NCBI GenBank assembly: GCA_016839745.1
Contig: JAEOTS010000174.1
Span: 1-16,582 of the forward strand
Length of the DNA stretch: 16,582 nucleotides
DNA from: Promethearchaeota archaeon
Lineage (GTDB): Archaea; Asgardarchaeota; Lokiarchaeia; Sigyniarchaeales; SOKP01
Direction: 5' to 3'
Of this stretch, positions 1-6,651 are shown in pieces (positions within the stretch are counted from its first letter, which is position 1; every line of letters starts with the position of its first letter). Position numbers and translations under genes: made by a program. The notes beneath the pieces were generated by a model. That model was given only the letters and a program-made list of their open reading frames with translations, did no database searches and was not told the DNA's origin.

Positions 1-108
1 GCTTGTGTAATTTTCAACATTTTGAATAGACTCTATGTTAATTATATAAATAGTTATTTTAATTATGTATCTTAAAATTAATGGTATTTATAAATAATTA
101 TTGATAAT

Positions 109-135
109 AATATGCATAAATTGCATGAAATATGC
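109..135. promoter_or_regulatory. Candidate operator upstream of the XRE-CBS regulator (ATGCA-N5-TGCAT with an overlapping GCAT-N5-ATGC)
   Basis: ATGCA 112-116 / TGCAT 122-126 inverted repeat; GCAT 123-126 / ATGC 132-135 inverted repeat; AATATGC direct repeat at 109 and 129, in an otherwise almost pure A/T region upstream of ATG 173. Confidence 0.35.
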
Positions 136-172
136 TCTTAAATTATACTAAATAAGTTTTACGCATTTTAAA

Positions 173-739
173 ATGGAAGTACTACCAGATTTTTTTCAGA
201 TTAAAAATCTGCGAAAAAGTTTAAACATTAGTCAAAAAGAATTGGGCGAGAAATTACATTTGTCCCAATCTACAATATCGAGAATAGAAAATGGAACAAT
301 AGATCCTCCGTATTCCAAGTTTAAAATGATATATGAATTTTTAGAGAATGAGAAAAGATCCAGAAAAAGATCTAAAAAACACGCTGAAGATATATTAACT
401 CCTGAGATTATATTTATCAAGCCGCAATCAACTGTAAAAGATGCCGTGGAACTAATGACAAAATACAATATATCGCAAATACCAATTTTAGAAAACAACC
501 AAAATTATGGGAGTATTACATCAAAAAGAATCCAGAAATACATAACTGATGATCCTGCAATATTAAACCTAAAAGTAACCGACATTAAAGAACTGCCTTT
601 TCCAGAAATCGAAAAAAGTTGGAATGTAAAAGATATTTCTAGTTTATTAATAAATTATCCGGCAGTTTTAGTGAAAGAAAATAAAATTTTCATAGGTATA
701 ATTACAGATTCTAATTTCCTTAATCTTACAAACGAATAA
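173..739 (+). CDS. XRE/Cro-type HTH transcriptional regulator with C-terminal CBS domain pair (COG3620-like)
   Basis: IKNLRKSLNISQKELGEKLHLSQSTISRIENGTIDP is a classic HTH_3 motif; AEDILTPEIIFIKPQSTVKDAVELMTKYNISQIPIL...YGSIT and ...AVLVKENKIFIGIITDSNFL form a tandem CBS pair. Confidence 0.92.
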   Translation: MEVLPDFFQIKNLRKSLNISQKELGEKLHLSQSTISRIENGTIDPPYSKFKMIYEFLENEKRSRKRSKKHAEDILTPEIIFIKPQSTVKDAVELMTKYNISQIPILENNQNYGSITSKRIQKYITDDPAILNLKVTDIKELPFPEIEKSWNVKDISSLLINYPAVLVKENKIFIGIITDSNFLNLTNE

Positions 740-864
740 AAAAGTAGGAATGCTATAGCTTTGTCAAACATAACTTTTTAACGATTAAGTTTATTGTCTC
801 AGAACCTAATTTCAAAATGAAAAAATTTTATTAGACTAAATATCTTTTAAAATAATGGGAATAT

Positions 865-1875
865 ATGACTGGGACTATACTTGAAAGAATCGATAATTTG
901 TTAACAAATGCTAATTTTGAGACTTTTATCCTAGACAACTTTACTGATAAAAAGAATAAATTTTGTTTTGATTTATTAGTAAAAAAGAATGACAACATTT
1001 TTAGCGTTAAAATTTTCCCAAATATAGATAACTTAAACGCTGATATTATTGACGATATTAAATCATTATCTTTGATATTAAAATCTAAACCATTATTAAT
1101 TGGAATTAGAAATCGTTATCAAGAATTAGAAGATAATACTATTTACATTAGAGAAGGGTTACCGTTTATAACTTTAGCAACTTTAGAAAATTTAGTTAAT
1201 AAGGAGTTATATCCTTATATATTGGCGAGGAGAGGAGGGGGAGTTATGTTTTTAAATGGTAACATAATGAAACTCCTAAGAGAAAAGCACTCAATATCAC
1301 GAAAAGAACTTTCTGAATTGCTAGGTGTTACAAAAAGAACGGTTTGTGCTTATGAAAATGAAAGTATGCGCCCTTCTGAAACGATCGCTCGAAAAATCTC
1401 AGAGGTTCTAAAAAATCAAGATATTTTTAGGAAAATTAATCTCTTTGATTGGAACTTCAAATTTGAAATTGATAAGAAAGAAACTCGGGAAGATATTGAT
1501 CTTAATCCCTTTGAATCTCATCTTCAAGAAGTATTGGATGATATTGGAATCAGTTCTTATTGGTACAAAAAAAGTCCAATCCCATTCAAACTATCTTTAT
1601 TTTCAAATACACCAGACAAAGAAGATGAACATAGTTTTTATCCACTTTTTTCAGGAGTTTCTGAAGAAGATAAAAAAATTAACGAACTTAGTTTTAAATG
1701 TTTGAAGATGTTTACTGAATTATTTCACACAAATTCTCTTTTTATCGTGAATAATGACATTAAAATACCCGATTCCTTAAAGAAAATTAAGATTCCCATT
1801 GTAAGAATTAGAAAATTAGAAAAAGTAGACGACGAAGCGGAATTTATTGACCTCATCCAAGAATCAGGAAACTAA
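865..1875 (+). CDS. Archaeal HTH transcriptional regulator, COG1395/MJ1164-like (degenerate PD-(D/E)XK-like domain plus central XRE HTH)
   Basis: N-terminal CFDLLVKK...SVKIFPNIDNL and PLLIG...ELEDNTIYIREGLP family motifs; RRGGGVMFLNG followed by HTH LREKHSISRKELSELLGVTKRTVCAYENESMRPS. Confidence 0.85.
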   Translation: MTGTILERIDNLLTNANFETFILDNFTDKKNKFCFDLLVKKNDNIFSVKIFPNIDNLNADIIDDIKSLSLILKSKPLLIGIRNRYQELEDNTIYIREGLPFITLATLENLVNKELYPYILARRGGGVMFLNGNIMKLLREKHSISRKELSELLGVTKRTVCAYENESMRPSETIARKISEVLKNQDIFRKINLFDWNFKFEIDKKETREDIDLNPFESHLQEVLDDIGISSYWYKKSPIPFKLSLFSNTPDKEDEHSFYPLFSGVSEEDKKINELSFKCLKMFTELFHTNSLFIVNNDIKIPDSLKKIKIPIVRIRKLEKVDDEAEFIDLIQESGN

Positions 1876-2545
1876 ACAGGAACTAATTTGTGGTATTGAT
1901 GAGGCAGGAAGAGGTCCTGTATTAGGTCCAATGGTTATTTGTGGAGTGTGTTTTGATAAATCAAAATTAAACATCTTAAGTAAAATAGGAGTTAAGGATT
2001 CAAAAAAACTATCAGAAAAACGACGTTCAGATTTAGCAAAAATAATAAAGAAAAATTGTGAAAGTTATAAAGCAATAATAGTCAATGCTCATGAAATTGA
2101 TGCGAGGGAAGAAAAAAGAATCACACTGAATAGACTTGAAGAAATTAAAATGGCAGAGATAATAAATGAGTTGCAACCTGAAGTTATTTATATAGACGCT
2201 GCTGATGTTAATGAAGAAAGATTTAAAAAATCCATTATAAAACAATTAAATTATTCACCAAAGAGAATTATTTCTAAGCACAAAGCTGATGATCTATTCC
2301 CAATAGTCTCAGCCAGTTCAATTATAGCTAAAGATTTGAGAGACAATATCATTGAAGAGTTAAAAAAAAAATATGGAGACTTAGGCTCAGGATACCCTTC
2401 TGATGTCCGATCCATAGAATTCCTACGAGAATGGATAAAAGAAAAGAAGAATGTTCCACACTTCGCCAGAAAAACGTGGGAAACTACGAAAAAAATAATC
2501 AGAGAAGAATTATCTAACACAAAGATAACTGATTTTATAAAGTGA
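1847..2545 (+). CDS. rnhB: Ribonuclease HII
   Basis: GIDEAGRGPVLGPMV, VKDSKKLS, YIDA, HKADDLFPIVSASSIIAK and GSGYPSD motifs; C-terminal PCNA-binding PIP-box-like NTKITDF. TTG start overlaps the upstream gene by 29 bp. Confidence 0.97.
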   Translation: MTSSKNQETKQELICGIDEAGRGPVLGPMVICGVCFDKSKLNILSKIGVKDSKKLSEKRRSDLAKIIKKNCESYKAIIVNAHEIDAREEKRITLNRLEEIKMAEIINELQPEVIYIDAADVNEERFKKSIIKQLNYSPKRIISKHKADDLFPIVSASSIIAKDLRDNIIEELKKKYGDLGSGYPSDVRSIEFLREWIKEKKNVPHFARKTWETTKKIIREELSNTKITDFIK

Positions 2546-2585
2546 AATTTTTAACTATATCAGTAATGAGTTCCTTTACTCTGAT

Positions 2586-3275
2586 TCATTTCTGAACCGT
2601 TAGAATAATGTGATTTGCAGCAAATTTGTGGATATTTATGTTGTCAATTATTGCATAGCCCGCTTTTTCTATAATTCTTTTTTCTTGGATATAAATTTTT
2701 TCTGATTTTTGAACGCTGTCAATTGATTGAGATTTTATAGCGAGTATTAAAGTTCCATTATCTTTTAGATAATAATTACAGTTTTCAATGGCTATTTGTG
2801 CTTGATTAGGTTGAGCGATGTCTTGATAAACGAGATCGATAGGAGTAAAAATAGAATTAGCATAACTTTCTGGGAAATTAGCATCACCTAAGATAGGAAC
2901 GATATTCTTTCTTTTATTGCTGTTTTGAATCAATTGTCTCATGCTACGTTCAGCAAATTCGACTCCGTAAATAACTCCATCGTAAACAATGTCCGATAGG
3001 TGAGAAATTGTAGTTCCAGAAGATGCTCCCAAATACAAGCAGTTTAAATCTTTCGTTAAAAATTCCAACGAAGGCTTTTCCAATATCATCGCAGCTAATT
3101 TACTTCTAAAAGGATCCCATTCTCGGTATTCCTCTCCTTTAAAAGCAATTAATCTCTCTCCATATACCTTACTGCCAGGAACTAAGTTCTTAGAATAAAG
3201 TTTTAGATTATTGGGTACTCCTGAGATATAAACATTAGAAAATTTTGGATGTGCTCTTATATTAATATCGCTCAA
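2586..3275 (-). CDS. flpA: Fibrillarin-like rRNA/tRNA 2'-O-methyltransferase (box C/D sRNP)
   Basis: NLVPGSKVYGERL, YREWDPFRSKLAA, LYLGASSGTTISHLSD, YGVEF, DLVYQDIAQPNQA, IKSQSIDS; no GAR domain (archaeal form). TTG start with GGAGGT 9 nt upstream. Confidence 0.97.
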   Translation of the reverse strand: MSDINIRAHPKFSNVYISGVPNNLKLYSKNLVPGSKVYGERLIAFKGEEYREWDPFRSKLAAMILEKPSLEFLTKDLNCLYLGASSGTTISHLSDIVYDGVIYGVEFAERSMRQLIQNSNKRKNIVPILGDANFPESYANSIFTPIDLVYQDIAQPNQAQIAIENCNYYLKDNGTLILAIKSQSIDSVQKSEKIYIQEKRIIEKAGYAIIDNINIHKFAANHIILTVQK

Positions 3276-3282
3276 TTTACCA

Positions 3283-4506
3283 TTACCTCCTTTTTTTTTT
3301 ATATGTTCGTTTTTTACTCGAACTTATCTTAGATTTAGGTTCACTTCTTTTTAATGGAGGTTTAGGATATTTCTTCTCAATTTCTTGGATTTTTTCGTTT
3401 ATCTCCTTTGAAAGCACATCAGCTACAAATTCTCCTCTAAAAAAATCTACTTTAGCAGAAATTCCAATTTTTCCTGATATCACTCGAGATATTTTTCCCC
3501 TATTCCAGGGCTTACTACCCCGGATTTGATTCCACTGAAAAATTAATCCGTGTTTTGGGCGTTTTTCGCCGGTTTTAAGGAACCTATATAGAGCTTTCTC
3601 AGCCCCCAAGAGTTGAATCCTCGAAGCAGGCATATATGCTAATTTTTTTAAACTTCCCGCCTTCGCTATTAATTTCGCCCCAATTAAACCTCCAACTAAA
3701 GCAAAAAGATTTGGAGCAACTTGTTCCATCAAAGTATCTAAACGCATCTCTAACTCTTGCCTAAAATCGTCCAAGGATAAAATTTCATCAGCATATTTTT
3801 TAATAATACTAAGTTCAATATCCGCTCCCATTGAACTGGATGCTAGCTTTTGCAACAGATTAATTCTCGATTCCTTAAAACTAAACTCTTGATCGATCTT
3901 TTCATAAGTGAAATTATCTCGTTTTCCTAAAATTGTAATTAATTTTGCAATGAGGATATTTTCTTCTATGAATTTATCAGTTAATTCTGGAAAATGCAAA
4001 CCGTACCATTCTCTCAAGCGACTTGAGAACAAACTTATAGATTTTTTAAGAATATCCAAAGTTTCTATGATCTGAACTACTTCTACATCTCCCTTACTCC
4101 CAAATTGACTAATTTTCTCTTTAATCAATTGCTCTTCAACTTTCTTAAAGAAAAAAAGAATCTCTTCTCGTGTTTTAGTTATCCCTATTTTTTTTAATTG
4201 GTCACTTAAATTAAAACGAAAGTTTTTAAATTCTAAAGAAAGTTTTTCAAAAGAAGTGTTATATCCTAAACTCTGCTTAGTTAATTCCTTCAGTTTTTTG
4301 TTATCAAACACAAAATCATCAAAACCAGAACCTTTTAGTTCAGTCATAAAGTCTGAGTATTTTTCAGAAAGAATATCACTATTTAATGAATTATAAAAAC
4401 TAACAGATTTTTCAATATCATCTAAGAAATCAATATAATTAAGGAAATTTCCTCCATCATCAATAGCATATATCCCTATTAAAGAATCAATAATATAACA
4501 TCTCAT
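3283..4506 (-). CDS. nop5: Nop5 (Nop56/58 homolog), box C/D sRNP scaffold
   Basis: RLREWYGLHFPEL, SSMGADI, APNLFALVGGLIGAKLIAKAGSLKKLAYMPASRIQLLGAEKALY, PKHGLIFQ, RGKISR; basic C-terminal tail. ATG at 4506 preferred; in-frame GTG at 4518 also possible. Confidence 0.97.
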   Translation of the reverse strand: MRCYIIDSLIGIYAIDDGGNFLNYIDFLDDIEKSVSFYNSLNSDILSEKYSDFMTELKGSGFDDFVFDNKKLKELTKQSLGYNTSFEKLSLEFKNFRFNLSDQLKKIGITKTREEILFFFKKVEEQLIKEKISQFGSKGDVEVVQIIETLDILKKSISLFSSRLREWYGLHFPELTDKFIEENILIAKLITILGKRDNFTYEKIDQEFSFKESRINLLQKLASSSMGADIELSIIKKYADEILSLDDFRQELEMRLDTLMEQVAPNLFALVGGLIGAKLIAKAGSLKKLAYMPASRIQLLGAEKALYRFLKTGEKRPKHGLIFQWNQIRGSKPWNRGKISRVISGKIGISAKVDFFRGEFVADVLSKEINEKIQEIEKKYPKPPLKRSEPKSKISSSKKRTYKKKRR

Positions 4507-4539
4507 TGTTCTAAACACTTACCGTTCTAAAATTTCTCA

Positions 4540-4557
4540 AATAATAATAATAATAAT
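4540..4557. repeat. (AAT)6 microsatellite in the short divergent nop5/pyrD promoter region
   Basis: aat repeated six times at 4540-4557, between the nop5 start (4506/4518, -) and the pyrD start (4577, +). Confidence 0.85.
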
Positions 4558-4576
4558 TTCTTACATAATAATAGTA

Positions 4577-5503
4577 ATGCTTGAACTAAATATTTCCGAG
4601 TTAAAATTAAACTCTCCTTTAATTTTAGCTTCTGGGATTTTAGGAGTTTCTTATTCTACTATGAAAAGGCTTGTTGATGTAGGATTAGGCGCTATAACCA
4701 CTAAATCTATAGGTCCAAAACCAAGAAAGGGATTTAAGAATCCTTCTATCGTTGAAGTCTACCCCGACACATTTTTGAATAGTGTAGGACTGGGAAATCC
4801 GGGAATCGATAACTTTATAACAGAAATTAAAGAAATAAAGAAATTTAAGTTTCCTTTAATTGTAAGTGTGTTTGGAGATACTATCGAATCTTACCTAAAA
4901 GTAGCATTGAAAGCAGAACAAGCAGGCGCTAATGCTATTGAAATAAACATTTCATGTCCTCATGCCGAGGTTTCTAGCATAGGTATAGATAAAAATCTTA
5001 CCTTCTCTATTGTTAAATCAATGAAACAAGAGCTTAAGGTACCACTATTTGTTAAATTAAATCCTAACGTGACTAATTTAGGAGAGATCGCCTTAGCTGC
5101 TCAGAACGGGGGAGCTGATGCTGTAGTAGCCATTAACACCCTTGCTGCTATGAAAGTAGATATTAATACAAAAAGACCGATTTTGTCACATGGAAGTGGA
5201 GGACTTTCAGGAAAAGCTATACATCCTATTGCTGTAAAAATGGTTTATGATTTATATAGAATTTTAGAAATTCCTATAATTGGATGTGGAGGAGCCTCAA
5301 ATTGGCAAGATGTTATAGAATTTATCCTAGTAGGAGCATCCGCGGTTCAAATTGGGACCGTTTTATATCAAGGCTTTGAAATTATTACCGATATTATTAA
5401 CGGATTAAAGAAGTTTCTTATGGATAACAATTATAGCTCAATTTCTGAGTTAAAAGGAATAGCACATGATTTTAAAATCCAGGAGGCTCCCGATTTTGAC
5501 TAA
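4577..5503 (+). CDS. pyrD: Dihydroorotate dehydrogenase family 1B, catalytic subunit
   Basis: PLILASG, GAITTKS, LNSVGLGNPG, EINISCPH (catalytic Cys), FVKLNPNVT, AINT, GGLSGKAIHP, IIGCGG, GASAVQIGT; adjacent to pyrK. Confidence 0.96.
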   Translation: MLELNISELKLNSPLILASGILGVSYSTMKRLVDVGLGAITTKSIGPKPRKGFKNPSIVEVYPDTFLNSVGLGNPGIDNFITEIKEIKKFKFPLIVSVFGDTIESYLKVALKAEQAGANAIEINISCPHAEVSSIGIDKNLTFSIVKSMKQELKVPLFVKLNPNVTNLGEIALAAQNGGADAVVAINTLAAMKVDINTKRPILSHGSGGLSGKAIHPIAVKMVYDLYRILEIPIIGCGGASNWQDVIEFILVGASAVQIGTVLYQGFEIITDIINGLKKFLMDNNYSSISELKGIAHDFKIQEAPDFD

Positions 5504-6332
5504 TAATATAATTGAAACGGTGAAGATTAAAGAAATTAAAGACGAGTGTGATGGAGTAAAAACATTTGTATTTGAGAGAAACGATACAACTGCCCCTAAA
5601 CCTGGACAATTCGTAATGATATGGGTACCAGGCGTTGATGAAATTCCAATGTCAATATCTTCCTACAAAGAAAATGGAGAATGGGCAATAACTGTTAAAA
5701 ATCTCGGAGAATGCACTAATTCAATTCACGAACTAAATGTTGGAGATTATATTGGAGTCCGAGGACCATTAGGTAACTTTTTTCAAATTCCTGAAGAGGC
5801 GAATGAAAACATATTTTTAATTGGAGGAGGGATAGGAATGGTTCCTCTAAGGTTTTTAGCCTCTGAACTCGTTAAGCTGAAGTACAAATTCAAATTAATT
5901 GAAGGTGCAAAAGTAGAAACAGAAGTGTTATTTGCAAATGAGTTCCTAGAATACCATCAAGAGGATTTAGAATTTAATTTCTGTACTGATGACGGTAGTT
6001 TTGGTGAAAAGGGAGTTGCAACAGATTTATTTAAAAAAATAATTAGAAATTTAGATTTAGAAGAGATAAAAAATAGCGTTGTTTATACCTGTGGTCCTGA
6101 AATTATGATGTATAAAATCTTCCAAATTTGCAAAGAGAATAAAATTGAAATGTACGCAAGCCTTGAAAGAATTATGAGGTGCGGATGTGGATTGTGTGGT
6201 TTGTGCGTTTTAGATCCTCTTGGATTATTAGTTTGTAACGATGGGCCCGTATTTAGTTCACATCTGTTAGCAGAAATGGAAGATTTTGGTAAATTTAAGA
6301 GAGATTTTTCAGGAAAAAAAATCCCATTATGA
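5496..6332 (+). CDS. pyrK: Dihydroorotate dehydrogenase electron-transfer subunit (FAD, [2Fe-2S])
   Basis: PGQFVMIWVPGVDEIPMSIS, GVRGPLGN, GGGIGMVPL, CTDDGSFG, CGPEIMM, and LERIMRCGCGLCGLC...VCNDGPVF 2Fe-2S motif. In-frame TTG at 5496 with AGGAGG at 5481-5486 is preferred over the ORF-track ATG at 5466. Confidence 0.94.
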   Translation: MTNNIIETVKIKEIKDECDGVKTFVFERNDTTAPKPGQFVMIWVPGVDEIPMSISSYKENGEWAITVKNLGECTNSIHELNVGDYIGVRGPLGNFFQIPEEANENIFLIGGGIGMVPLRFLASELVKLKYKFKLIEGAKVETEVLFANEFLEYHQEDLEFNFCTDDGSFGEKGVATDLFKKIIRNLDLEEIKNSVVYTCGPEIMMYKIFQICKENKIEMYASLERIMRCGCGLCGLCVLDPLGLLVCNDGPVFSSHLLAEMEDFGKFKRDFSGKKIPL

Positions 6333-6386
6333 AAATTTAAACGTTTATAAATAAGTCCTAGTTCTATATATTGAAAATTTATTAGT

Positions 6387-6416
6387 ATAATGGTTCTTGG
6401 CATAATGGTTCTTGGC
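6387..6416. repeat. Perfect 15-bp tandem duplication (ATAATGGTTCTTGGC x2)
   Basis: 6387-6401 and 6402-6416 are identical. Confidence 0.95.
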
Positions 6417-6606
6417 CAGGGATCTGTAATTTCCTGTCTGAAATCAGGGTTATAATCAATTTTAAATTTTCAAATTAAGCGCTAAATTCAACAGCAGAAA
6501 ATTTCATTCCAGTTTCATTTTTAATAAGATATTTTACTATTGTGGAACCTTTTTAATATTTAAACTAGAAGAAATTGCTTATATACGCAAATTTTAATAT
6601 GATAAC

Positions 6607-6618
6607 TTTTATATAAAA
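6607..6618 (+). promoter_or_regulatory. Probable archaeal TATA box (palindromic TTTTATATAAAA) for the large membrane protein gene
   Basis: TATA-like element ending 33 bp upstream of ATG 6652; GGAG at 6641-6644 may be a ribosome-binding site. Confidence 0.45.
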
Positions 6619-6651
6619 ATTGTTTTGTGTGTTATTACAGGGAGTTAAGTA

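Noticed and set aside
1-20. Start of a divergent gene on the minus strand (ATG at 20, MLKITQ...)
   Set aside because: Only six full codons are inside the window, so it cannot be supported as a feature.
865-1875. Restriction endonuclease or defence nuclease (PD-(D/E)XK-like segment)
   Set aside because: The motif is degenerate, the architecture fits the widespread archaeal COG1395 HTH family, and there is no adjacent methylase or defence gene.
2559-2589. SECIS element and selenocysteine readthrough of the fibrillarin TGA (minus strand ATGA...AAA...CTGA)
   Set aside because: The helix above the putative GA quartet does not form, fibrillarin is already complete at this stop, and no gene here has an in-frame TGA at a Cys position.
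6387-6416. CRISPR array or IS end
   Set aside because: Only two abutting 15-bp copies with no spacer, and no cas or transposase gene in the window.
6382-6460. Functional tRNA-Tyr(GUA)
   Set aside because: No acceptor stem, no paired T stem and no TTC in the T-loop; kept only as a low-confidence structured element.
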